Origin: an uncultured delta proteobacterium | GTDB taxonomy: Bacteria; Desulfobacterota; RBG-13-43-22 | Direction: 5' to 3' | DNA length: 64,000 bases | Assembly: GCA_963790475.1 (NCBI GenBank) | Contig: CAWBOS010000001.1 | Coordinates: 1 to 64,000 of the forward strand | Shown here: positions 48,899-58,496 of the stretch, in pieces | Layout: every line of letters starts with the position of its first letter | Position numbering within the stretch: the first letter of the stretch is position 1 | Notes under the pieces: generated by a model | What the model was told of the DNA's origin: nothing | Seen by the model: the letters and a program-made list of their open reading frames with translations, nothing else | Databases searched by the model: none | Position numbers and translations under genes: made by a program

Positions 48899-49693
48899 AT
48901 GAAACTGAGTGAACTGACCGATGTCTTGTATGAGGTTGATCGTGGTCTGGCCTGGATCATCATTAACCGGCCCCATCGTTACAATTCCTTTACCAATCGT
49001 ACGATTGATGAGCTGATCTGCTGCTTTAAGGCGGCCTGGGCCGATCCGCAGGTGGGCGTCATCGCTTTTACGGGGGCGGGGGACAAGGCCTTTTGTACGG
49101 GAGGAGATCAAAAACAAAGAAAAGAGACCGGAGATTACGGGCCCATGGAAACCGGCGTTTCGGAAATCGAATATTTTCATCGCCTTATTCGGGATGTGCC
49201 CAAGCCCGTTATTGCCGCGGTTAACGGATATGCCATCGGCGGCGGGCAGGTACTGCATGTCCTGTGCGATATCACGATTGCCGCCGACCATGCCCGTTTC
49301 GGCCAGACCGGTCCCCGGGTCGGGTCATTTGACGCGGGTTATGGCAGCGCTTATCTGGCTCGAATAATCGGTGACAAGCGGGCCAAAGAGATTTGGTTCT
49401 GCTGCCGGCAGTACGACGCGGTCACGATGAAAGATTGGGGCCTGGTCAACCGGGTGGTGCCCTTTTCCGGGTTAAAAGAGGAAGTGCGCTGCTGGGCTGA
49501 TGAAATGCTGGACAAGAGCCCGACGGCGCTCCGGGCTCTCAAATGCTCCATTAACGCGGATAGTGATTCGATAGCGGGGATCGGAGCCCTGTCCCATATC
49601 AATCTTGAGCTATTTGTTAAAACCGATGAAGCCGAAGAAGGCCTTAACGCCTTTAACGAAAAACGGCCGCCGGATTTTTCCCGGTTTCGATAA
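48899..49693 (+). CDS. Crotonase-family C-C hydrolase, BadI (2-ketocyclohexanecarboxyl-CoA hydrolase)/MenB-like
   Basis: AFCTGGDQ, GYAIGGGQVLH, FGQTGPRVGSFDAGYG, AFNEKRPPDF. Confidence 0.85.
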   Translation: MKLSELTDVLYEVDRGLAWIIINRPHRYNSFTNRTIDELICCFKAAWADPQVGVIAFTGAGDKAFCTGGDQKQRKETGDYGPMETGVSEIEYFHRLIRDVPKPVIAAVNGYAIGGGQVLHVLCDITIAADHARFGQTGPRVGSFDAGYGSAYLARIIGDKRAKEIWFCCRQYDAVTMKDWGLVNRVVPFSGLKEEVRCWADEMLDKSPTALRALKCSINADSDSIAGIGALSHINLELFVKTDEAEEGLNAFNEKRPPDFSRFR

Positions 49694-49792
49694 CAGCCGG
49701 AGCCAGGGGGACTTCCAGGAAATCTAAGAAAACCGGCCGGCGATATCATCCCGGCCCCTTTCTCTCGGGAAGGAATGAACCCTCTCTTTTTG

Positions 49793-49880
49793 AGGGGATG
49801 TTGTTTCTGAATCGACTTGATTTATCGTTTAAGGGGGGATAGGGTTAAAACAGGCCCAGACAGGCAGGGCTTGATGCCCC
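49793..49880 (+). repeat. Dispersed repeat family C
   Basis: AGGGGATGTTGTTTCTGAATCGACTTGAT...AAGGGGGGATAGGGTTAAAAC...TGATGCCCC aligns without gaps to 56287-56372 apart from the ends. Confidence 0.75.
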
Positions 49881-49960
49881 AGGCCCTTTGAACCACTGCT
49901 AAGAAAATTATTCACGCCTGATGGCCTGATTTTTGATTCTCTTCGAAGGGAGGGATTATT

Positions 49961-51019
49961 ATCTTTAAGACATTGGTGATAAATCCGGGTTCGACCAGCA
50001 GCGAGGTTTCCATTTTTGAGGATGAAAACGAAATTAAAAGCGCCCGAATTATCCACCCCGTAAGCGAATTGCGGAAGTATCCTACGATTTCGGATCAATT
50101 CCCTTATCGCAGCGCTATCATCAAAGATCAACTCAAAGAATGGAATATTAAAAAAGGGGATATCGCGGCCGTTGTCGGCCGAAGCGCCTTAGTCCGAAGA
50201 GAAAGCGGCACTTATGAAGTCAACGACGACATGATCGCCGATGTAAAAAGGGTCATGTCGCGGAGGGGGCATGCCGCAGGAATGGGTTGCCTGCTCGCCA
50301 AAGAAATCGCCGATGAATACGGCATCCCCGCCTTTGTTGCCCATGCAGCCGGTCGTGGTTTGGATCGTATGGCCAGAGTATCAGGCATTCCGGCTATCGA
50401 GCGGCGGGCCGTATACCACGTGCAAAACATCGAAGGGGTTTCCGTACTGGCTGCCAGGAAGATGAACAAAAGGTTCGACAGGGTGAACCTGATTATCGCC
50501 CATTTGGAAGGCGGCATGTCGATCGCGGCCATCGCCGGCGGCCAACTTATGGATGTAAGCAGCGCCTTTGAAGAAGGGCCGTTCACCACGGAAAGAAGCG
50601 GCGCCTTGCCCGTCGCGTCGCTGGTGGACCTCTGCTTTTCCGGACAATATACCAGGGAACAGATACAGAAAATGATCCGTGGCGAAGGGGGGATGGTTGC
50701 TTATCTTGGAACAAACAAGATCGGCGAAATTGAAGATCGCGTCAAGCGGGGAGACGAAGAAGCCGGATTTTATCTGGAAGCCATGTGTTATCAGATAGCA
50801 AAAGAAATTGCCGCTATGGCCTCCGTTCTTAAAGGGAAGGTGGATGCCGTTATCCTCACGGGAAAAATTTTGGAATCCGCGCGCGCCGTTCAATGGATCA
50901 AAGAGAGATGCAGCTTTATCGCGCCTGTTAAAACCTATCCTGAACAGGAGGCTATAACCTTCGCCCGGGCTGTCCTGAAGGTGCTGAGAGGCGAGGAGGA
51001 GGCTCTAATCTATGAATAG
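49961..51019 (+). CDS. buk: Butyrate kinase family protein, divergent
   Basis: LVINPGSTS, SGTYEVN, ERSG, GGMVAYLGTN, AMCYQIAKEI; GGAGG points to ATC at 49961, the first canonical start is TTG at 49973. Confidence 0.82.
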   Translation: MFKTLVINPGSTSSEVSIFEDENEIKSARIIHPVSELRKYPTISDQFPYRSAIIKDQLKEWNIKKGDIAAVVGRSALVRRESGTYEVNDDMIADVKRVMSRRGHAAGMGCLLAKEIADEYGIPAFVAHAAGRGLDRMARVSGIPAIERRAVYHVQNIEGVSVLAARKMNKRFDRVNLIIAHLEGGMSIAAIAGGQLMDVSSAFEEGPFTTERSGALPVASLVDLCFSGQYTREQIQKMIRGEGGMVAYLGTNKIGEIEDRVKRGDEEAGFYLEAMCYQIAKEIAAMASVLKGKVDAVILTGKILESARAVQWIKERCSFIAPVKTYPEQEAITFARAVLKVLRGEEEALIYE

Positions 51020-51162
51020 GGATTCGTCCGGGAAGGGGGCGTTGTTGAATCGGACTATTGCCAACCCGGTAGACCCTGCAAGCGACCGAAAGACTTGACG
51101 GCGCAACCGACCGGGCCAAACAAAGGTTCTCGTATACCATAAAGTTTGAAGGAGGGTTATAG

Positions 51163-52287
51163 ATGGAACAAGAAATCCCGGGAGAACTGAATCCCAGCCC
51201 CCGTATTTTGATGGGACCTGGGCCAAGCAATGTCCACTACCGGGTATTGCGGGCTATGAGCACACCACTGGTTGGACATCTGGACCCCCAATTCCTCACC
51301 ATCATGGACGAAACCTGTGAGATGTTACGGGGTCTTTTTAAGACGAAGAACCGGCTCACCCTGCCCATGTCCGGAACAGGAAGCTCCGGGATGGAGACCT
51401 CCTTCGTCAACTTTATCGAGCCGGGGGACCAGGTCATCATCGGAGTAAATGGCATTTTCGGAGAGCGGATGGTCGATGTCGCCAGCCGCTGCGGCGCCAA
51501 AGTGGTACGTGTGGATCAGGAGTGGGGAAAAGCCATTGAACCTGAACGGATGATACAGGCCTACAAGGCCAATCCAGGTGCGCGACTGTGTGCGGTGGTC
51601 CAGGCCGAGACTTCTACCGGAGCCCGCCAGCCTCTGGAGGAGATTGGGGAATTCTTCAGAAAGAAGGAGGTTCTCTTTCTGGTCGACACGGTGACCTCTC
51701 TGTCGGGGTGCGATGTGAGAGTAGACGAGTGGGGGATCGATATCTGCTACAGCGGCACACAGAAATGTTTAAGTGTCCCTCCCGGACTCTCACCGATTAC
51801 CGTAAGTCCTAAAGCCATGGAGGTGATGCGATCGAGGAAGACCAAGGTCCAGAGCTGGTATCTCGATCTCTCCATGATAGAGCGCTACTGGGGAGAAGAA
51901 CGGTTCTACCACCACACGGCTCCCATATCGATGCTCTATGCCCTTCGGGAAGGATTGAGGATCATTTTTGAGGAAGGGCTGGAGGCCCGATTCGAGCGTC
52001 ATCAGTCATTGGGGGACCGGCTGAAGAGAGAACTGGAGGATCTGGGATTCAGACTGTATGCCCAGGAAGGGTACCGCCTGCCCATGCTCAATTCCGTCTA
52101 CTTTCCTGAAGGGATGGAGGATGCTCCGGTGAGAAAGAGGCTCCTCGACGATTACAACATCGAGGTGGGAGGCGGTCTCGGGCAGGGGAAGGGCAAGATC
52201 TGGCGGGTGGGGCTCATGGGGGAGACCTGCAAGATACAGAATATCACCTACCTCACCGGTGCCCTGAAAGAGATCTTAAAGAAATAA
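51163..52287 (+). CDS. Alanine-glyoxylate / serine-pyruvate aminotransferase (class V)
   Basis: LMGPGPS, SGTGSSGME, ETSTG, SGTQKCL PLP Lys, YHHTAP, WRVGLMG. Confidence 0.95.
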   Translation: MEQEIPGELNPSPRILMGPGPSNVHYRVLRAMSTPLVGHLDPQFLTIMDETCEMLRGLFKTKNRLTLPMSGTGSSGMETSFVNFIEPGDQVIIGVNGIFGERMVDVASRCGAKVVRVDQEWGKAIEPERMIQAYKANPGARLCAVVQAETSTGARQPLEEIGEFFRKKEVLFLVDTVTSLSGCDVRVDEWGIDICYSGTQKCLSVPPGLSPITVSPKAMEVMRSRKTKVQSWYLDLSMIERYWGEERFYHHTAPISMLYALREGLRIIFEEGLEARFERHQSLGDRLKRELEDLGFRLYAQEGYRLPMLNSVYFPEGMEDAPVRKRLLDDYNIEVGGGLGQGKGKIWRVGLMGETCKIQNITYLTGALKEILKK

Positions 52288-52384
52288 CCCGGACGTTTCA
52301 CGAGATTAGGGATGGGGTTCAATTGGTACTTTTCTCATAGGTTTGATAAATTAATTTCTGATCTCAATCAGGAAAAGGAAAAAT

Positions 52385-52594
52385 GAAAAAGAGAATAGTG
52401 ATTATTTCAATTCCTCGATGATGGTTTATCAGGATAAGACCATCGGGGTCTATCGGAAGATCCACCTTTTCCAGAAAGAAAAAAAATCGGAAATAGAACC
52501 CGATCGGTCTGACAACAAACGGATCAACGAATTCAATGACCTCCTGAAAGACAGGAGGACGGAATTTTACCAGTCCATCTGCGAATCCCAATGA
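52385..52594 (+). pseudogene. Carbon-nitrogen hydrolase remnant with internal deletion
   Basis: YFNSS...GVYRKIHLFQKEK joined in frame to C-terminal NKRINEFNDLLKDRRTEFY; no start, catalytic Cys region absent. Confidence 0.7.
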
Positions 52595-52610
52595 CCCGGA
52601 TATTTATTAA

Positions 52611-52896
52611 TGGTCTCATAGTAATCTTGACATGAAACGGATGGGCTTGTCTAACAGAGGACCTGGGGGTCTTTTTGGGGGGCTGTCCACCCTGAACCTG
52701 GAACCTTCTTTGACGGGCAAATTATTTAACTAAGTCTGAAGCAGGCCTTCTCCACTGCTGGAAACAGGCTATGGTGTATGCCCTGCTTCGAATCAACGTT
52801 TACTGGACTGGCCGGGATTGGGCGATAAGTTACCCTTTGGACAATCCCCCCAAAAAGACCCCCAGGTCCTCTCATGTTGCTACTATTTTGAGACCC
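52611..52896. mobile_element. MITE family D with long subterminal inverted repeats
   Basis: Ends TGGTCTCA / TGAGACCC, TTAA on both flanks; AGAGGACCTGGGGGTCTTTTTGGGGGG mirrored at 52846-52872. Confidence 0.78.
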
Positions 52897-52907
52897 TTAA
52901 TAATTAA

Positions 52908-53097
52908 CAGGTTGCTGAAAAAGGCCCATCAGTCCCGCCAACGGAGGGATTGCCCTCACCTCTCGTCACTGCGGCGTACTTCTATGTACGCCTCATTCCT
53001 CGGGATTTCTTCGCGTAAAAGACAACGCTCAGTCCCATCCCTTCGGGGCGGTTCCCGGTTTCGGGCGCCTGGCATCTGGACCTTTTTGAGCAACCTG
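52908..53097. mobile_element. MITE family E
   Basis: Ends CAGGTTGCTGAAAAAGGCCCA / TGGACCTTTTTGAGCAACCTG, TAA flanks, GCGGCGTAC...GTACGCCTC core. Confidence 0.8.
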
Positions 53098-53157
53098 TAA
53101 TAAAAGAATTTTCCAGCAAACTGTTAAGCTCTTCACCAGTAAAAACAGAGGGAAGAA

Positions 53158-54870
53158 ATGATGGACGAAAAAGAGTATCTTGAACATCTGAATCGATTGT
53201 GGGAGAAAAACTGGCCGGTCCACCTGCCCAGAGAACCGATCTATCCCCTGGGTGAAATCCTGTTGACCGACTATTTGCGGGAATGGGCCAGGGTGACCCC
53301 GGATAAGGTTTCTTTGATATTTTATGGAAAAGAGCTGACCTTTAAGGAACTCGATGATCTAAGCAGCCGCTTCGCCGCTTTTTTAGCAGCCCAGGGCCTT
53401 CAAAAGGGAGATCGGGTGGCTGTCTTTCTCCCCAATTGCCCCCAGTTTCTCATCGCCTTTTATGGCATTCTTAAATCAGGCTGCGTTCATGTACCGGTAA
53501 ACCCCATGTTTAAGGAACACGAATTTCAATATGAAATTAATGATACCGAGGCCAAGGCCATCGTGGCTCTCGACCACCTGTTCCCGATTGTTCAGGCGGT
53601 TAAAGATAAAACCAGTCTGCGGGTATTGATGGTCACCCGTTTTTCCGATTGTCTACCCCAAGAGCCCACCATTCCCCTACCGGCGTCCCTCCTGGAACCG
53701 GGAGCGGATTGCCCCGGAGCCATGGATATGATGTCTACCCTGGCTGTACAGGACCCAACCTTTCCGAAAGTGGATGTAAGCCTGGATGATTTGGCCGCGC
53801 TGAATTATACCGGGGGGACTACCGGTCTGCCCAAAGGCTGCGAACATACCCAGAGAGATATGATCTATACCGCCGCCTGCGCCATCGCTACCGGGGCCCG
53901 GGAGGAAGGGCCGGTGGCCAACCCGGTGAGCCTGGGTTACTTTCCGGTCTTCTGGATCGCCGGAGAGATCGGAGGGGTTATTGCCCCGGTCTTTTCCGGA
54001 ACGACCCTGGTTCAACTGGCCCGTTGGGATATTGAGGCAGCCATCATGGCCATAGACCGATATAAGGTGACCACCATGAGCGGGGTGGTCGATAATTATC
54101 TGGAAATCATGGAATACCCCGATCTGGAAAAATATGACCTTACCTCGATTAAAACCGCGGGATGCTCTTCCTTTATTAAAAAATTAACCCCCGAATACCG
54201 CCGGCGGTGGAGGGAGTTGACCGGGAGCATTTTAAAAGAATCCTCCTATGGGATGACCGAGACCCATACCGTAGATACCTTTACCAACGGGATGCAAACC
54301 GATGATCTGGATCTGAAATCAAAACCGGTATTCTGCGGTTTGCCCATGCCCGGCACCTTTTTCAAGATCGTTGATTTTGAAACGGGAAACCTGGTGCCCC
54401 TGGGACAGGAGGGTGAAATCGTCATTAAGACCCCCTCCCTGATGAAGGCCTACTGGAAGAGGCCCGAAGAAACGGAAAAGTCGATCAAGAAGGGCTGGCT
54501 GTACACCGGCGACATAGGCCTGCTGGATGAAGAAGGCTATCTCCATTTCCTGGGCAGGCGCAAGGAAATGCTTAAGATGAGAGGCATGAGCGTTTTCCCC
54601 TCTGAAATCGAAACCCTTCTGGGAAGGCATCCGGCGGTGGCCGGCAGCGCCGTTATCGGGAAATCCGATCCGGAAAAGGGGGAGGTGCCCACGGCCTTTA
54701 TTAAAATAACCCCGGCTTATGAAGGTAAAATATCGGCACCGGAATTAACGGAATGGTGCCGGAAGAATATGGCTACTTATAAAGTACCGGTTATCCGGAT
54801 TATAAAAGAGTTCCCTTTAACCGCCACCGGGAAGATAAAAAAGGAGGAACTCAGGGAAAAACTGGAATAA
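53158..54870 (+). CDS. AMP-forming acyl-CoA ligase
   Basis: YTGGTTGLPKG, YGMTE, TGDIG, GRRKE, PLTATGKI. Confidence 0.94.
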   Translation: MMDEKEYLEHLNRLWEKNWPVHLPREPIYPLGEILLTDYLREWARVTPDKVSLIFYGKELTFKELDDLSSRFAAFLAAQGLQKGDRVAVFLPNCPQFLIAFYGILKSGCVHVPVNPMFKEHEFQYEINDTEAKAIVALDHLFPIVQAVKDKTSLRVLMVTRFSDCLPQEPTIPLPASLLEPGADCPGAMDMMSTLAVQDPTFPKVDVSLDDLAALNYTGGTTGLPKGCEHTQRDMIYTAACAIATGAREEGPVANPVSLGYFPVFWIAGEIGGVIAPVFSGTTLVQLARWDIEAAIMAIDRYKVTTMSGVVDNYLEIMEYPDLEKYDLTSIKTAGCSSFIKKLTPEYRRRWRELTGSILKESSYGMTETHTVDTFTNGMQTDDLDLKSKPVFCGLPMPGTFFKIVDFETGNLVPLGQEGEIVIKTPSLMKAYWKRPEETEKSIKKGWLYTGDIGLLDEEGYLHFLGRRKEMLKMRGMSVFPSEIETLLGRHPAVAGSAVIGKSDPEKGEVPTAFIKITPAYEGKISAPELTEWCRKNMATYKVPVIRIIKEFPLTATGKIKKEELREKLE

Positions 54871-54935
54871 ATATCTCTAGTCCCCCTTTTCTTTGTCCTT
54901 AAAAATTCAAAGGATTGGGTCAAACCTAGGGTGAC

Positions 54936-55034
54936 CTACCATGATGTTGGCCAGTTCGGATGCCAGGGTTTTTCCAATTCTAAGGCACGCGCTGCCTGAA
55001 GCACAAGGTCTTCCCGATACCGGGGACCCACCTG
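54936..55034 (-). pseudogene. Amidase-signature family C-terminal remnant
   Basis: QVGPRYREDLVLQAARALELEKPW matches the typical amidase tail; only 33 codons remain. Confidence 0.65.
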
Positions 55035-55048
55035 AAATAAAGGTTTCC

Positions 55049-56116
55049 CTAGGCTTTCAGATCTATATAATCGCAAAGCGCCTTTTCGAAATTCAGGAGC
55101 GCAGGAATTTCGATCGATTCTCCCTGGCCATGATAGTTCCGGCCGGATCCGGTACCGGTAATAATGACCAGTGATTCATAGGGAGCAAAGTTATGCGCGT
55201 CGGTCGCGCCGTGTATGCTGGTGAACTTCAATCTGGTTTTCAGCGAATGCTCCATGATCTTTTTGAACTCCTGAATCTCTTTCTGTTCAGGGTCGGTGCT
55301 GTAGCATGGGTGATATCCCAGGACCTCGACTCCATCTACTCCCTTGATCGACTTGATGGCCCTGATGAACTTTTGGTGATCGCCCTTTTCGGTAAGCCGG
55401 ATATTTAGGTGCATCTCGGCATAATCGGCAATCTTGTTTATGACGTCGCCCCCCCGGATGATTCCCAGATTAACCGTTTCTTTCCAGCGATTTTTGGCAG
55501 TCGTGGCCGGAAAGAGCTTTTTAATATGTCCATATACCGCCAGAAGCTTTTCGTTGGCATTGATACCCCACCAGGGCATAGAACCATGTCCGCTCTTTCC
55601 CCGGCAGACTACCTTAAGGTTCAGAATACCCTTTTGCCGGTAGATGATGGCCAGATCCGTATCCAGCATAATCACTTTCTTTCCGTTAAATCCCTTGGAG
55701 AGAAGGAGACTGGTGGTTGCGCCGCCGATCTCTTCATCGGTGGTAAAGAAGGCCCCCACCGATTTCCCTTTTTGAGCGGCATGAATCAGCGCCTGAATAG
55801 CGATGGTCACATGATTTTTGCAGTCACTGGCACCGCGTCCGAAAAGTTTTTGCCCTTTAACAAAGGGTTTGAACTGATCGGCGTCTCCTTCCACCACATC
55901 GAGGTGCGGCACAAGCAGAATCTCAGGCCGTTTGTTTTTTTTGGTGCAGGCGAACATGACCGGACGGTTGGGGCCTTTGAGGGTCAGCCGTTGAATCCAA
56001 ATCCCCTGCGGTTTGAGAATTCTTTCAATAAAGTTCAACGCTGCCTCAAGTTCGTTGATACGATCGGCGGTAGTCCGGAAGGCGATCAGTTTTTTTAACA
56101 ATGAGATGGAATCCAT
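55049..56116 (-). CDS. M20 family metallopeptidase/deacylase
   Basis: HLDVV, GRGASDCK, DEEIGG, GHGS, GATDA, YHG; likely ATG at 56116. Confidence 0.9.
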   Translation of the reverse strand: MDSISLLKKLIAFRTTADRINELEAALNFIERILKPQGIWIQRLTLKGPNRPVMFACTKKNKRPEILLVPHLDVVEGDADQFKPFVKGQKLFGRGASDCKNHVTIAIQALIHAAQKGKSVGAFFTTDEEIGGATTSLLLSKGFNGKKVIMLDTDLAIIYRQKGILNLKVVCRGKSGHGSMPWWGINANEKLLAVYGHIKKLFPATTAKNRWKETVNLGIIRGGDVINKIADYAEMHLNIRLTEKGDHQKFIRAIKSIKGVDGVEVLGYHPCYSTDPEQKEIQEFKKIMEHSLKTRLKFTSIHGATDAHNFAPYESLVIITGTGSGRNYHGQGESIEIPALLNFEKALCDYIDLKA

Positions 56117-56286
56117 TTCCCTACCTTTCCCCGGTTGAGTGGCTGAGACGTTAACGATCAGATGATGAGATGGATTTTCCGGCGGAAGGTTCAATGAAAA
56201 ATTGCGCCGGGTTTGATCAACCTTTTATTTTATTAGGAAGAGTATAAAGCAAGAAAAAGACCGGATCAAGAAGGAAAAAAGTTTTT

Positions 56287-56372
56287 AGGGGCGTTGTTTC
56301 TGAATTGACTTGATAAATCGTCCAAGGGGGGATAAGATTAAAACCTGTCCAGAAAGGCACGGCCTGATCCCC
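56287..56372 (+). repeat. Dispersed repeat family C
   Basis: Homologous to 49793-49880; followed by a CCCTCGC...GCGAGGG hairpin. Confidence 0.75.
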
Positions 56373-56468
56373 GAGTGCCCTCGCACTACGCCCCAGGGCG
56401 CGAGGGATCGAGGGGGACAATTGGGGTCAGGTCCTGGTAAGGGAGTAAGGAAAAGTGACCAATAACCG

Positions 56469-56909
56469 CAGGCCGACTTGGTGGTCATTGCCGGCGATCT
56501 GTTCGACAGCCAGAGGGTCAAAGATGATCTGATGTCCTACAATGACGAGATTACGCCCCTGGAGGGCATTCCCCGGCCTGAGGGCAATGGGAACTGGAAT
56601 GTCGCGGTAGCGCACGGTTTTTATATCGGCGACGATCCGCCCTATTCTCCAAGCTATCAAATCACACACCGGGAGATTGTCGAGTCCGGCTGGGATTATA
56701 TCGCCCTGGGCCACGTACCGGTTTTTAATGTCATCTGTGATGAACCGGTGCTGGCCTGTTATAGTGGTTCACCGCAGGCCGGCGGAGGATTCTTAATCGT
56801 CGAATTATGCCAAGAGACAGGAATAAAACTGTGCCGTATTCCGCAGTGGACTGAGTCGGGGCCGGATCAGGTCAGGGGATTGCTTCTCGGGGAAGAGGTG
56901 GAACCGTGA
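56469..56909 (+). pseudogene. SbcD/Mre11-like metallophosphoesterase remnant
   Basis: AGDLFD, AHG, DYIALGH and YSGSP present; N-terminal DxH and GNHD motifs missing. Confidence 0.7.
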
Positions 56910-58366
56910 AGGAGAAAGTGCGGAAAAAAGCCTGGTCAAACTTTTTATTCGCTACGGCATTGGTGCTGCTTCTGGCTGGAATTTCCCGTGCTCAATCGCT
57001 TATTCTGACTGTGGACGGATCACGGACCATCGGCTCCATCCGCTCTTTCCAGGGGTTAAACTGCGGTCCGGCTTCTTTTATGCCCGGCTTGGCCGATGTC
57101 AGCCGCCAGTATCAAGAATTGGGAATCGATTTGGTTCGGGTCCATGATTTTTTCGGACCGGGAGATATTGACGCCCAATGGGAGGAACCATTGGACCCCA
57201 TCTCCCGATGGGTGAAGGCGGATGGGACAAAGTCGATTTTTCCTGTCTGGGAAGCTGATCCTGAAAAAGAATCGAGTTATAACTTCGGCCCGACGGATCG
57301 AATCGTCCGGGCCATCGTGGCCTGTGGGGCAGAGGTTTATTTTCGTCTGGGTCGAAGCTGGGGCGCAAAGGCTCTGCCGCCTTCCGATATGGCTAAATTT
57401 GCCAACGTATGCAAGCACGTCGTCATGCATTACAACGGAGAATGGGCCCTGGGTTACCGATACAATATCCGCTATTGGGAAGTTTGGAACGAACCGGATC
57501 TTAAAGTGGAATGGGCCCCGAATTTCATCAGGCCTTTTTGGACAGGTACCCCCAGGCAATTCTACGAACTGTATGAGCAGGTGGCCAGGGCCATTAAGGG
57601 GTATGACGGCAACCTGAAAGTGGGCGGTCCGGCCAAGGCGCGACCTGAATTGGCTGATCCCTATCGGGAGGGGTTTCTTCAATATTGTGCCGGACGAAAG
57701 GTTCCCTTGGATTTTTACTCTTGGCATCTTTATCAGAACGGACCATCACCGCAACCTTACCTGTTTATTCCGACGGCCCGGTCCATCCGCGCTTTGCTGG
57801 ACGAGTATGGTTTCCATAAGGCGGAGAGTATTCTAAGCGAATGGAACATGACCGTTGATGTGGCCGGCACAGGGTCCAGTGGGCAAAACACCATGAAGAA
57901 CGCAGCCTTTGTATCAGCGGCGATGACTTATTTTCAGGATGGGCCGATTGATCGCGCTTTATTTTATCGGGGAGACCCGACCGTCATGGGGCTGTTCGAG
58001 CCCGGCGGGCAATACGGGAAAAAAGCCTATGCCTTTAAGTTTTTGGGAGAGATGCAGAATACGCCCCAGAGGCTGGCGGTGAGCGGGGGGGATAAGGATG
58101 GGTTGGCCGTGTTGGCCGGAAAATCGGTTGACGGCCGAGTCGTCCGGGTGGTCCTCACCCGGTACAACGGTCGTACTGCTGCTGAATATAAGTTGACTGT
58201 GCTGCATCTGCCTTGGGGAGAGGGTGATTTCGAAATCAGGCGCAATACCATTTCGGGCGGACCGTCATCAGCGGCGGAACCGCAAATAGGCCGAGGTGGA
58301 AGATTTGAAGTCAACGGCCGACTTCCGGTGAACAGTGTGGAGATGTTTGTTTTGCGAAAACAATGA
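56906..58366 (+). CDS. Secreted GH39-like (clan GH-A) glycoside hydrolase
   Basis: Signal peptide, RVHD, YWEVWNEPD acid/base, DFYSWH, LSEWN nucleophile. Confidence 0.85.
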   Translation: MKEKVRKKAWSNFLFATALVLLLAGISRAQSLILTVDGSRTIGSIRSFQGLNCGPASFMPGLADVSRQYQELGIDLVRVHDFFGPGDIDAQWEEPLDPISRWVKADGTKSIFPVWEADPEKESSYNFGPTDRIVRAIVACGAEVYFRLGRSWGAKALPPSDMAKFANVCKHVVMHYNGEWALGYRYNIRYWEVWNEPDLKVEWAPNFIRPFWTGTPRQFYELYEQVARAIKGYDGNLKVGGPAKARPELADPYREGFLQYCAGRKVPLDFYSWHLYQNGPSPQPYLFIPTARSIRALLDEYGFHKAESILSEWNMTVDVAGTGSSGQNTMKNAAFVSAAMTYFQDGPIDRALFYRGDPTVMGLFEPGGQYGKKAYAFKFLGEMQNTPQRLAVSGGDKDGLAVLAGKSVDGRVVRVVLTRYNGRTAAEYKLTVLHLPWGEGDFEIRRNTISGGPSSAAEPQIGRGGRFEVNGRLPVNSVEMFVLRKQ

Positions 58367-58496
58367 AGGCAAAATCAGAATGGGGGGACTCGTCGAATTA
58401 ATGGTAATTGAAACGGGGTCGAGGCACGATAACCAATTGATCTACCTAACCGAGGCCAGGGGATCAGGTCTGGAAATATCATTATGAGGATGATAA

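Noticed and set aside
52364-52591. 75-aa minus-strand ORF
   Set aside because: The plus strand carries recognisable nitrilase motifs, so this ORF is its shadow.
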